Assembly (NCBI GenBank): GCA_034658935.1
Contig: JAYEGE010000004.1
Coordinates: forward strand, 1 to 47,055
DNA: 47,055 nt
Direction of reading: 5' to 3'
From: Patescibacteria group bacterium
Lineage (GTDB): Bacteria > Patescibacteriota > Minisyncoccia > Phycocordibacterales > JACOZG01
Shown: in pieces, positions 30,033 to 39,625 of the stretch
Position numbering within the stretch: the first letter of the stretch is position 1
Layout of the letters: each line of letters begins with the position of its first letter
Made by a program: the position numbers and the translations under genes
The notes under the pieces: generated by a model
The model's database searches: none
The model's input: the letters and a program-made list of their open reading frames with translations, nothing else
Told to the model about the DNA's origin: nothing

Positions 30033-30249
30033 GCAAACTTTGGACAAGGTTCGTCCTTTTATCCGTTCCCACGGAGGCGACATTACAGTAGCCAAAGTCG
30101 ATGGGACCACCGCGACTTTGGTTATATCGGGGCGATGCGTCGGTTGCGCTTTGGTAGACCTAACTTACGACAGAATGCTAAGAAGCTTAATTAATGAGTC
30201 CGTCCCAGAAATCACCGAGGTAATTTTTAAGCATGGAAAAAAAATATAA
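29992..30249 (+). CDS. Nfu/NifU C-terminal domain protein
   Basis: LDKVRPFIRSHGGDI, GRCVGC (CxxC). Start at ATG 29992. Confidence 0.85.
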   Translation: MKNTPDNSPKNKIEQTLDKVRPFIRSHGGDITVAKVDGTTATLVISGRCVGCALVDLTYDRMLRSLINESVPEITEVIFKHGKKI

Positions 30250-31489
30250 ATACTTAATTATCGGCGGCGGCATTGCCGGCACCTCAGCTGCAGAAACAAT
30301 TCGGCAAAATGACCCCAAGGGGACCCTAGCGATAATTAGCACCGAGCCCCATCTCTTGTACTCACGCGTCATGCTCTCCAAGCCCGGATTCTACACGAGC
30401 AAGAACGCGTCAGGATCAGCTTTTTTAAAACAGCCTAGTTGGTATTCAGCCAATCAAATTGATTTCTTAGGTAGCCGAACTGTTATCGCGCTCGACATTC
30501 TCAAAAAACAAGTTGCCTTAAAAAATGGGGTGGTCCTGGGATACGAGAAACTCCTCCTGGCTACAGGAGTCCAGCCGCGCTCATTACCAAATCTTGAGAG
30601 CGTCGACGCTGAGCGTATTCTTTATTTACACACCCTAGATCAAGCGAGGGAGATCGAACGCCGCCTCATTAGCTCAGAAACAATAGTCGTGGTGGGAGGA
30701 GGTTTTATAGGTTTCGAAATGTGCGGCCTCCTCACCGCCCTCCACAAGAAAGTAATCTCAGTAAATATCGGTCCACGATACTGGCGGTCGGTTTTTGACG
30801 AAACTTCCTCCCAATTTATCAAAAACGCACTTACCGAACACGGAGTCCAAGTATTCGCCGAGTCGGTTATCAAAAAACTTATTGGGGTAAATCACGTCGA
30901 AGGGGCAATTATTAGTAACACCGAGACAGGGGCCGAAACAAAAATCTCTTGCTCCTTGGCCATCGCCGCGATTGGCACCCACCAAACGCTAGATTGGGTG
31001 GGACAGGCCGGAGTAAAAACCAACAAAGGTATCCTGGCAAACGAATACATGGAAACAAGCGCCCGAGACGTGTGGGCGGCAGGTGATTGTGCTGAGTATT
31101 TTGATACCATCTTGGAGGAACCAATTGTTTTGAAGAACTGGGCTAGCGCTAAAACCACCGGCTCTATCGCCGCATTTGGAATGCTCGACAAGCGCGTTGC
31201 GCATCGGAAAACAACATCCTATACCACACGGAAATTAGGAATCACCGTTGGTTTCGTCGGCGATGTCAGACCTCACGGGAAAAATCGTACAACGATTTCC
31301 CGTGGTTCACTTAAGGCCAACGCCTATGCCGAACTCCGGATTGCAAATGAGCGAATCGTTGGCGCCACATTAATCAACATGAACAATAAACTAGGCGCAT
31401 TAACAACGCTGATTGAAAATAAGATCTCTGTCGGCGGCCGACTTAAGGAACTCAGCAACCCCGCCTTTGATCTTAAGAAACTTTTATAA
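30233..31489 (+). CDS. NAD(P)/FAD-dependent oxidoreductase (ferredoxin/rubredoxin-reductase-like)
   Basis: IIGGGIAG, LLLATG, VVGGGFIGFE, WAAGDCAE. Confidence 0.9.
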   Translation: MEKKYKYLIIGGGIAGTSAAETIRQNDPKGTLAIISTEPHLLYSRVMLSKPGFYTSKNASGSAFLKQPSWYSANQIDFLGSRTVIALDILKKQVALKNGVVLGYEKLLLATGVQPRSLPNLESVDAERILYLHTLDQAREIERRLISSETIVVVGGGFIGFEMCGLLTALHKKVISVNIGPRYWRSVFDETSSQFIKNALTEHGVQVFAESVIKKLIGVNHVEGAIISNTETGAETKISCSLAIAAIGTHQTLDWVGQAGVKTNKGILANEYMETSARDVWAAGDCAEYFDTILEEPIVLKNWASAKTTGSIAAFGMLDKRVAHRKTTSYTTRKLGITVGFVGDVRPHGKNRTTISRGSLKANAYAELRIANERIVGATLINMNNKLGALTTLIENKISVGGRLKELSNPAFDLKKLL

Positions 31490-31517
31490 ACTCCACAGAG
31501 ATGATACGATAGCGACT

Positions 31518-31745
31518 ATGGAAAAAAAATTTCTGGTTGCCATCGACGCCGAAGCCTGTATCGCCTGCGGTCTCTGCGCTGAGATAGCCCCAAAAATATT
31601 CGAGCCCAGCGAGCAGATGATAAGTCAGGTTTTGGAAAATGCTGAAATTGATCCTGAAATATTGCTGAAGGCGGCACGTAGTTGTCCGACAAAAGCAATC
31701 ACTGTGACCGACGCCGACACCGGCAACCAACTTTGGCCGGAATAA
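31518..31745 (+). CDS. Single-cluster ferredoxin
   Basis: CIACGLC...CP. Start at ATG 31518, 7 nt after TGaTACGAT. Confidence 0.9.
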   Translation: MEKKFLVAIDAEACIACGLCAEIAPKIFEPSEQMISQVLENAEIDPEILLKAARSCPTKAITVTDADTGNQLWPE

Positions 31746-31749
31746 AGAC

Positions 31750-33252
31750 CTAGGTTGCCCTCTTTTTCAGAAATCTCTTTATCCAGATGATTGCTTCGGC
31801 GTCAATTGGCAATTTCCAAAAATTATACTTGAACCTGAACAAGATCAAGGGGCGGAATAGTTTTACAAACACAAACTTCAAGATATTCTTTAGCGTCTTG
31901 TGAGACAGCCTATTCCAAGTTTTGCTATACCAAGCAAAAGGACTCAGCTCGTGGATTATCTCGTATTCACGGGGATTCTTTAGCCACGGGATATGGGCCT
32001 TGCCCCAAAAATAATTCCCCCACCCCTCCAGAGTAGTCGGTTGCTCAAAACCCAGCTTCACCGCCTGATTAAATAGAGCTGTGCCGGGATATGGAATATA
32101 GACCCAGAGTGGATAAACCGCTGCCTTGGGATGAATCCGCTGTAATTCCAAAACTAAATCTATCGTTTCCTGCCGCTCGGCGATTGTTTCCGTTGGCCAA
32201 CCGATGACAAATGACAGAATCAATTTTAGGTTTAAGTCCCGGGCAACCTTCACCGCCTTGACCGTCTGTTCTTTGGTTATACGTTTTTGGATAATTTCTG
32301 TCAGAATCCTATTAGAACCGCTCTCGCAACCTACTCGAATTTCGCATAGGCCACTATCCTTCATTTTTTGCAAAAAATCGCGATCAAAATAATCAATCCT
32401 GGCATCAATTGAATATTTGATCTTCATTCCCTTCTCTTTGATGAGCTCAGCGATCCTGAGCGCCCTTTTTCGATCAACGACAAAATTATCATCATGGATA
32501 ATGAAATAATTTATCCTATACTTCTCGTAGAGCATCTCCATCTCCGCGACCGCTTTCTCAGCACTCTTAGCTCGCCATTGACGTTTATTGAAATTCAGAT
32601 TGTAGCAAAAACTACAGGGGAACGGGCACCCCTTACTGGTGTACATATTAACTACCCGAGAAAGACGAGGCTCGCCTGGGGCGACCCATTCGTCGAGCCC
32701 ACTTGACAACCGATTAACATATTTCTCAACATCAATTAAATTCCAAGCCGGCCTGGGTAAATCATCCATAGGCAAAAACCTCTCTGTCCACCCATTAATA
32801 TGCAACTTTTTTTTCTTATCTTTCCAACCAAGACCATCAATCTCCGCTAGGCTAGACCCGCTTTTGAGTGCCTCAAGCAGATCGAGCAGAGCTCTCTCCC
32901 CCTCGTTGATAATCACAAAATCGATGTAGGGATTCACTAATGTTTGTTCTGGGAAAAATGTCGGGTGGATACCCCCAACAATTATTTTGATTTTAGGGTT
33001 TCTCCTTTTGATCTCTCTGGCCGCTTCAATGGTCTGCTTAATACAACTACCAGTCAACATACTAAAACCCACCGCCAGCGGTTTCGACGCCCTAATTTGG
33101 TCATACAAGAAATTCAAGGGCTGGAGACGTAGATCAACAATTTTCACACCAAACTTCCCACGAATAAAAGCGGCCAAACTGATTAGGCCTAGGGGAATAT
33201 AGGTTGTTTCATTTAGCTCGTTCTTGGGCTGGACTAAAATTATCTTTGCCAT
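31750..33252 (-). CDS. Cobalamin-binding radical SAM protein
   Basis: PLGLISLAA, GGIHPT, NEGE, TSKGCPFPCSFC, DDNF, GCESGS, IGWPTET. Start moved to ATG 33252. Confidence 0.92.
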   Translation of the reverse strand: MAKIILVQPKNELNETTYIPLGLISLAAFIRGKFGVKIVDLRLQPLNFLYDQIRASKPLAVGFSMLTGSCIKQTIEAAREIKRRNPKIKIIVGGIHPTFFPEQTLVNPYIDFVIINEGERALLDLLEALKSGSSLAEIDGLGWKDKKKKLHINGWTERFLPMDDLPRPAWNLIDVEKYVNRLSSGLDEWVAPGEPRLSRVVNMYTSKGCPFPCSFCYNLNFNKRQWRAKSAEKAVAEMEMLYEKYRINYFIIHDDNFVVDRKRALRIAELIKEKGMKIKYSIDARIDYFDRDFLQKMKDSGLCEIRVGCESGSNRILTEIIQKRITKEQTVKAVKVARDLNLKLILSFVIGWPTETIAERQETIDLVLELQRIHPKAAVYPLWVYIPYPGTALFNQAVKLGFEQPTTLEGWGNYFWGKAHIPWLKNPREYEIIHELSPFAWYSKTWNRLSHKTLKNILKFVFVKLFRPLILFRFKYNFWKLPIDAEAIIWIKRFLKKRAT

Positions 33253-33333
33253 TTCACCGATTTTTAAGTTTAGCCCGATCGAGCTGAAAAGTAAACCGGG
33301 TCGATTGAAAAACAAGAGGCCTCTTCATGACAT

Positions 33334-34365
33334 TTACTGGATATATTTGACTAATTCAGTCAACAGAACTGGTAAACTATGTTTTTTTACCAGGGCAGCT
33401 TCCGCAGATATAACCTGCTCTTTTTTAGCAACCGGCCAGAAAATAACACCCGCCATCTGGCCAGCAATCTCTTGGGCCTGGTAATCATTTATAATCAGCT
33501 GGTCGTCGATTTGCCCCCTTAAGTTATCGTTGGAAGCAAGGGTGAGACAGCCGCAAGCCATAGCCTCAAAGATAGTCTTATCGTACATACCGCTAGAAGA
33601 TAGATTCACGCAGGCCTCATGCCGATTATAGATCAGCGGCGTCTGATCATTGGGGATAGCAGAATAAAAACGAACCCGATCTCTCAAACCCAATCGCTCG
33701 ACTTGCTGCCGTAATCCTAGATAATACTCTCGGTCTCGAGGCAGAGCATCACCGTAAATTGAAGCCTCGAAGGCGCCCCCCCGATCTCTCAACAAGGCCA
33801 GAGCTTCAATAAATAAATGCGGCCTCTTGGAAGGGGCGAGACGGGCAAGAAATAAGATAGACCGCGGGACACGTTTAATATTTGGATCAGGTTTGAAAAG
33901 ATTGAGATCTATCCCCACTGGCATCAAAACCGTTTTTTTGTATTTAGCAGTATAAGAATACTTGGAAGTACAGAACACTCGGTTGCAAAACATAGCGGCA
34001 ATATCAGTCAAGAGAGAGCCGGAGTGATGATTGCGCCACATAGTCACTCTCTTGCCGATCAAACGCCACCACCAGCCAGCCAGCAAGATATATTCTTGGT
34101 TCATGTGGACAAACACAGCATCATAATTGTTCCGTTTTTGCCAGATATGCTTACAGAAACGCCAAATGTATTTCAGACGTGAAGGCTGCGCCTCTTTCCC
34201 TAAAGACAAAACCTCGACATTATCAGGCAAACAATACTCACCGACCCGTAGGCCCACAAAAGTAATCAGATCGCATTGTTCGGCCAACTCTTCAACCCAA
34301 TGATGGAAAAAGCCGAGGACTGGATCCTGCCGATCAACTATTTGAGTAATAATCAATAATTTCAT
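33334..34365 (-). CDS. GT4 glycosyltransferase
   Basis: LFLARLAPSKR, DKTIFEAMACG. Confidence 0.9.
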   Translation of the reverse strand: MKLLIITQIVDRQDPVLGFFHHWVEELAEQCDLITFVGLRVGEYCLPDNVEVLSLGKEAQPSRLKYIWRFCKHIWQKRNNYDAVFVHMNQEYILLAGWWWRLIGKRVTMWRNHHSGSLLTDIAAMFCNRVFCTSKYSYTAKYKKTVLMPVGIDLNLFKPDPNIKRVPRSILFLARLAPSKRPHLFIEALALLRDRGGAFEASIYGDALPRDREYYLGLRQQVERLGLRDRVRFYSAIPNDQTPLIYNRHEACVNLSSSGMYDKTIFEAMACGCLTLASNDNLRGQIDDQLIINDYQAQEIAGQMAGVIFWPVAKKEQVISAEAALVKKHSLPVLLTELVKYIQ

Positions 34366-35354
34366 TGCAATGATTCAATTATGCCCTCCGCCATACTGCC
34401 GACGTTATGTTCAACAAGACGAATATTCATCTCTGGCGCCACCCCAACATCTGTGGAAACAATATCGCACCCAGCCGCCCGCGCCTCCACAAGGGTCATG
34501 CCGTAACCTTCATACAACGAAGTGACAAGGAAAAGATCGGCGGTTTTATAATAGGAAATGAGAGTCTCTCGATTGGCCCACGGCTCAAAAATAACATTTT
34601 TCTTTAACCCAAGTCTCGCACTTCTCTCTTCGAGCTTGCCACGCTCCGGCCCAGACCCAACGATTATTAAGCCCGCCTGGGGTTTTCCCTTTACAACCCC
34701 CCACATTGCCTCAATTGCCAATCTGATGTTTTTTTCCCGCGTTAGACGCGAGGCCATCAAGACAATTTTGCTAAATTGTGGATATTTCTTGTGTAAGTCT
34801 GCGGCAACAGGCATGCCCTTAATTTCTTCGGCCCCGACAACAATCGGCCGCACTTCGATCTTAGAGCTTTCAACTTTTAGCACTTCGACCAAATAAGTTT
34901 TAAGCCTATCAGAAACAACACGAATTTTGTCGGCCTTAGGCAGAGACCAGCGAGCTAGAATTTTTCTCACCTTATTCCCTTTGGTATAGCCAAAATGCGG
35001 GCTACCTATATCGGTGTGAACCTGAATCTCGACAGGGATGTTGAAACGTTTTTTGAGAGATAGCGCTACTACCGCTGTTAGAAATGGATCTTGGCAGGTA
35101 ATCTCGGTGATCTTATTTCCTTTGATTATAGAACGGCCAAGACGAATAGCATCAAATAGATACAGCCACCTCGTACGCGACCGCGTAGGATATACCCGAC
35201 AATTACGAGCGATCTGCTGTTTTGTAAACCGCCGGTCAGCAAAAACAAGAAGATGTGATTCGCCCACCCCCCGGGCATGTTCGGCACACCGCACCCATAC
35301 CGCACTGCCAGCATCAAAAAGTTGTCTATCGGTGCTAATAGATAAAAGTCTCAT
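34362..35354 (-). CDS. GT4 glycosyltransferase
   Basis: SRLTREKN, EGYGMTLVEA, STDVG. Start at ATG 35354. Confidence 0.9.
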   Translation of the reverse strand: MRLLSISTDRQLFDAGSAVWVRCAEHARGVGESHLLVFADRRFTKQQIARNCRVYPTRSRTRWLYLFDAIRLGRSIIKGNKITEITCQDPFLTAVVALSLKKRFNIPVEIQVHTDIGSPHFGYTKGNKVRKILARWSLPKADKIRVVSDRLKTYLVEVLKVESSKIEVRPIVVGAEEIKGMPVAADLHKKYPQFSKIVLMASRLTREKNIRLAIEAMWGVVKGKPQAGLIIVGSGPERGKLEERSARLGLKKNVIFEPWANRETLISYYKTADLFLVTSLYEGYGMTLVEARAAGCDIVSTDVGVAPEMNIRLVEHNVGSMAEGIIESLQ

Positions 35355-35359
35355 AATCG

Positions 35360-36487
35360 TCAACGAATGACTTCTCTGATTAGGGCCGAGTGAAAATCAG
35401 TTACCTTTTCCCAAGTTTGGTTCATCTCTAGAGTATCAACAGTTTTGACGGCCCGACGATAATTTTCCGGGATCAATAGATAACTCAACTTTGCTTCAAG
35501 ACTACCCTGACTTAAAGGATCAAAAAGGAACTCTTCTGGTAAATCGACAGACAAACCATGACCCCTGCTAAGGAGTACTGGTTTACCCAAAGACAGGGCT
35601 TCTAAAATAAAATTGGGGTTAAATTCTGACAAGGCGGGTCCAATACAGATCGCCGACTTCCTTATTTGATCAAAAAGCTCGATCTGAGGAATTGACCCCA
35701 TAAATTGGATACTATCTTGAATGCCCAATTCTTGCGCAAGACTCATGAGAGCAACCTGTTCCGGCCCTTTTCCAATTAAAAGAAGTCGTGGCTGCCCAGC
35801 GACGACGTCAAGAGATTTAAAAGCCTTAAATACTAAAACTAGATTTTTATATTTGACAAAACGGCCAGCAAAAAGAATAACCGGGCTGGCAGGCAAAGCA
35901 GGTAAGGCAGATTCTTTTCTGGAAACTGGATTCTTAATAATTCGGACTCTGTTGGGATCAACCGCAAAATATTTGATGTAAAAATCCTTGAAAGATTGAC
36001 TATACAATACAATCGCATCGGCCCCAGCTAAAACAAATTTTATTAGTCGATAAAGTAGCGGCTTGTCTTTTTTGTACAGTCCTTGGTTATAATAATCCAC
36101 CAAGGGCATGAAGACTTTCCCCAATTCCGCTTGGCGTTCCCAGATAGGATCTCCTCCCACCCGGATAACAAAGGGCTTGTTAAAAAACTTAGCGGCAAAA
36201 CGAGCTGGCAACCCAGCCGCCGTGGGATCGAAGGCATAAATAAGATCAACCCGACGAGCCAGGACTAAAGCCCGCCACAAATAGAAGGCCCATTGTAATA
36301 TTTTGTTCGATTTCCTGGATATCCTGATAACCTCAAAGGGAAAGTCCGCCCCCGCTTGGTCGTCACCATAGCAAAGCACAAGAGGCTGGAGGCCCTCCGC
36401 GGAGAAGCGCTCTGCGATCTTACGCACGTGGATCGCCGGCCCGCCCACGTCAGGAAAAAAAACGCCAGTGGCTAAAAGGATTCTCAT
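35360..36487 (-). CDS. GT4 glycosyltransferase
   Basis: PDVGGPA, FAGRFVKYKN, EFNPNFILEALSLGKP. Start at ATG 36487. Confidence 0.9.
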   Translation of the reverse strand: MRILLATGVFFPDVGGPAIHVRKIAERFSAEGLQPLVLCYGDDQAGADFPFEVIRISRKSNKILQWAFYLWRALVLARRVDLIYAFDPTAAGLPARFAAKFFNKPFVIRVGGDPIWERQAELGKVFMPLVDYYNQGLYKKDKPLLYRLIKFVLAGADAIVLYSQSFKDFYIKYFAVDPNRVRIIKNPVSRKESALPALPASPVILFAGRFVKYKNLVLVFKAFKSLDVVAGQPRLLLIGKGPEQVALMSLAQELGIQDSIQFMGSIPQIELFDQIRKSAICIGPALSEFNPNFILEALSLGKPVLLSRGHGLSVDLPEEFLFDPLSQGSLEAKLSYLLIPENYRRAVKTVDTLEMNQTWEKVTDFHSALIREVIR

Positions 36488-36527
36488 GAGATTGGTTTCG
36501 TGGTATTGTGCACTCGACTCTACAATT

Positions 36528-37424
36528 ATGATGCAAAAAACTAAAATTGCAATAGTCGGCGTTGGGCGTTGGGGCAAGAAACTTCTAGCTGAATTCAACA
36601 AACAAACTGAGGTTATATCCGCCTGCCATCATGGTAATCCGGAAACAGCTAATTTTTTAAGAGATACCTACCCTAATTTACAGATTACTACTTCATTAGA
36701 AGAGATACTAAACAACCCAGAGATAGAGGCGGTGGCCGTAGCGACGCCGACCAAAACCCATTTCGAGATTGCCAGCCAAGTTATTCGAGCCGGTAAACAC
36801 CTTTTCATTGAAAAGCCGGGCAGTGAGACAAGCCGAGAACTTTCTGAACTTTGCCAACTAGCAGAAACCAAAAAACTTTGCCTGGCAGTGGGTTATGAAT
36901 TCCCCCATCACTCGGCCAGTCGGCAAATTAAAAAACTGGTTCCGCCCACTGAAATGCAGGGAATCTTTAGCTGTTGGTCTAAGTGGGGGACCTTTAACGA
37001 TCATGCAGTACCACACTTGCTCTCCCATGAGATTTCTGTTCTCCAAAATTGGGGCATCGACTTACTAAAACCAAGAAACTACCAGCAACAGACAGTCATC
37101 TCATCTTCTGATATCATTGCTGTCGAATGGGAGAACTCTCAAGGACTTTTTATCTCAAACCATATTAACCGCATCAGTCCTATCAAAGGCAAGGCAATAA
37201 CAGTACTCGGTCGTGATAAAGCTTATATATGGCAAGACGATGATTTATTCGAAGTTAACCGAGAAACTAGGACCCGCGATCAAATTACCCCATCCACAGA
37301 TAGTGCAGTTGCAGCCGAGATAATTGATTTCCTAGAAAGCATCACCGAGAAACGACAGCCAATATGCGGCGGACTCTCAGCCCTTCGAGTACTTGAGACA
37401 ATTGAGTCAATAAATTTTTCCTAG
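36528..37424 (+). CDS. Gfo/Idh/MocA oxidoreductase
   Basis: IVGVGRWG, VATPTKTH, GKHLFIEKP. Start 36528 or 36531. Confidence 0.88.
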   Translation: MMQKTKIAIVGVGRWGKKLLAEFNKQTEVISACHHGNPETANFLRDTYPNLQITTSLEEILNNPEIEAVAVATPTKTHFEIASQVIRAGKHLFIEKPGSETSRELSELCQLAETKKLCLAVGYEFPHHSASRQIKKLVPPTEMQGIFSCWSKWGTFNDHAVPHLLSHEISVLQNWGIDLLKPRNYQQQTVISSSDIIAVEWENSQGLFISNHINRISPIKGKAITVLGRDKAYIWQDDDLFEVNRETRTRDQITPSTDSAVAAEIIDFLESITEKRQPICGGLSALRVLETIESINFS

Positions 37425-38479
37425 CCTCGCCCAACTAGCCTTAACACCTCTTCCGCCGCCTGTGCGCTATTGCCAATCTTGCCCGAGAAGACATTGATTA
37501 TTTGGTCATTGATTCGGTAAACTAAAGTGGGCCGCTCATCAGTATGGTCAACATTTGGCAAGACAGTCCGAAAGGTATACATCGAACCAACATGTTCTGT
37601 CCCCTTGGCAATATCTGGCAAGAACTCTGCTGCCGCTGTCAAGAATTTCTTCACGTTAGTGATTGGAGGATTACTGATCACTCCACGATTGAGCAAGGGG
37701 GCAAACTCTTTGGGCAATAGTGGGAAGAGGCCAGTATTAGTGGAATGGATCGCATGGGTAACGTTACCTGCGACATGCCAAGCCGTATCACAATAAGGAT
37801 CAATGCACATAAATGGACCGTCCATCACCACCAGACTGATATCCTTGAACGACTGCGGTAATTTAAGAATCGGTTTTTCACACAATTCAAATTGATAAGT
37901 TCTCTGGGCCTCTGGAAAGCGTTTCAAGATAAAATTGAGATTGGCGTAGGTGCAATTAACCACAATGTCGTAATCATCGAAAATCGACTCGTCGGCCAAA
38001 TAATTTAGACGGACCTTGACTCCGGACTGTTCCAGTTTCCGCTTAATCAAACTTCGAAGAAGTACCGGATCAACTAAAAACTCTTTAGCCTTGATTATCA
38101 AATCGATGGCAGAAGGATCAACGCAGGGCAAGGTTGTTAGCTCATATTCTAGATCGTTGGCGTCACAAAATCTTAGAAAATAGTCACCTGTAACCTTACT
38201 ATCATTCTTAGCAATGCAATAATGATGGTTGAAACGATCAGTCGCTGCCTCACCATACTCGTCGAGAAATGACGGTTCGGCGGCACGCGACGATTGTGCC
38301 GTCTCTGAGCTACGTGGATAATGATAGCCCCGATGGAGCCGATACTGATTAATTCCTGAAGCCGCCTGAAGGATGTCACTATACTGCTCCATCAACGTTA
38401 CGTCATGGTCGGCATGAGCCAGTTTAATCGCCACCGTCGAACCAAAAATTCCACCCCCAATTACTGCAATTTTTGACAT
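37421..38479 (-). CDS. FAD-dependent oxidoreductase (DAO-like)
   Basis: VIGGGIFG, ASGINQYRLHRGYHYPRS, VMDGPF, SGKI. Confidence 0.85.
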   Translation of the reverse strand: MSKIAVIGGGIFGSTVAIKLAHADHDVTLMEQYSDILQAASGINQYRLHRGYHYPRSSETAQSSRAAEPSFLDEYGEAATDRFNHHYCIAKNDSKVTGDYFLRFCDANDLEYELTTLPCVDPSAIDLIIKAKEFLVDPVLLRSLIKRKLEQSGVKVRLNYLADESIFDDYDIVVNCTYANLNFILKRFPEAQRTYQFELCEKPILKLPQSFKDISLVVMDGPFMCIDPYCDTAWHVAGNVTHAIHSTNTGLFPLLPKEFAPLLNRGVISNPPITNVKKFLTAAAEFLPDIAKGTEHVGSMYTFRTVLPNVDHTDERPTLVYRINDQIINVFSGKIGNSAQAAEEVLRLVGRG

Positions 38480-38488
38480 TGACCCATA

Positions 38489-39625
38489 TTAATCTAGTTG
38501 GACTAAAGAATCAATGACCATCCGGAAACGTAAAGCTAGATGATCCCAATTATACTCAGACTTTACAAGTTGCTGGGCCGCAACAATTATTGACCGGATT
38601 TGCGCCGCATTATTAGCATCTAAAATATACCCAGCCTTCTCAGCAATACTCTCAGGGTCATCTACTCGAGCCAGCCAACCTGTCTCTCCATCTCTAAGAA
38701 AATCAGGAATACCCCCCACCGGAGTACCGATCGTCGGCAAGCCCATGGCCATGGCCTCCAGGAAAGAATTGCCCAGGCCCTCACTCCGAGATGGACGGCA
38801 AAAGGCATCAGCGGAGCCCAGGTACCGAGCCAAGCCAGAACTCTCAATTAAGCCCAAAAATGACACTCTGGGGCCCAATCCCAGCTTTGAAACTAAGGCC
38901 TTTAGGGCGGCCTTTTCCGGGCCATCACCTAAAATCTGCAATACCACATCATCTGGTAGAAAAGTTAAAGAGCGGATCAAATCGTCAATGCCATTTTTCT
39001 TAACCAACCGCGAGGTCGTAATTATAATCTTCGCGTCTCGTTTTTCTTCTTTTTTGGATTTTGAACTTTGAACTTTGAACTTACTTAAATCTACTCCATT
39101 GGGAATAACCGTCATTGGGCAAGTCGCGCCCATTGCCTTCGCCCAGGTCACCAAATAATTAGAGATGGCTTGAATACGATCAGGTAATTTAAAAACGTTA
39201 AGCAGTCTTGGTCCCCACAAACGCAGGCGGTAAGCCAGTGAGCCCAAATCGTCCCCTTCTTGAAGGGTGAGCAGAAATGGAACAACCGGGAGACGCTTCT
39301 TGAATATTGCCGCTGCCATCCCCGCTTGGTTTGCCATCATCGCCCAAACTAATTTATAGGGAGTCTCTTGATGACGACGGGCGGCCCAACAGGCGGCTCG
39401 CCAGGGAAATAAATACTTACCCCAAAGACCACCTGGCAAACGGTGGACCAATACATTACCGATACATTCCTGCTCAGTCTGGCTATTATCAAAATTAACC
39501 GTAACTAATTCCCATTTATAATCCGACAAGCGATCAGTCAATTCTTTAAGAGCCACCTCAGCACCACCAACCCAAGGATAATAGGCGGCGCTGAAAATCA
39601 ATACTCTCGGCTTATCAGTAATCAT
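38489..39625 (-). CDS. GT4 glycosyltransferase
   Basis: VGGAE, IPNGVD, SRLVKKNG, EGLGNSFLEAMA, VGGIP. Confidence 0.92.
   Translation of the reverse strand: MITDKPRVLIFSAAYYPWVGGAEVALKELTDRLSDYKWELVTVNFDNSQTEQECIGNVLVHRLPGGLWGKYLFPWRAACWAARRHQETPYKLVWAMMANQAGMAAAIFKKRLPVVPFLLTLQEGDDLGSLAYRLRLWGPRLLNVFKLPDRIQAISNYLVTWAKAMGATCPMTVIPNGVDLSKFKVQSSKSKKEEKRDAKIIITTSRLVKKNGIDDLIRSLTFLPDDVVLQILGDGPEKAALKALVSKLGLGPRVSFLGLIESSGLARYLGSADAFCRPSRSEGLGNSFLEAMAMGLPTIGTPVGGIPDFLRDGETGWLARVDDPESIAEKAGYILDANNAAQIRSIIVAAQQLVKSEYNWDHLALRFRMVIDSLVQLD
39053..39080. repeat. Heptamer tandem repeat in frame in a GT4 gene
   Basis: TTTGAAC x3 at 39060-39080 plus a degenerate TTTGGAT; encodes KFKVQSSKSK. Confidence 0.8.

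Noticed and set aside
33253-33333. 81-nt gap in a tight operon as a pseudogene remnant
   Set aside because: Too short, no recognisable homology; it may just hold an internal promoter or an N-terminal extension.
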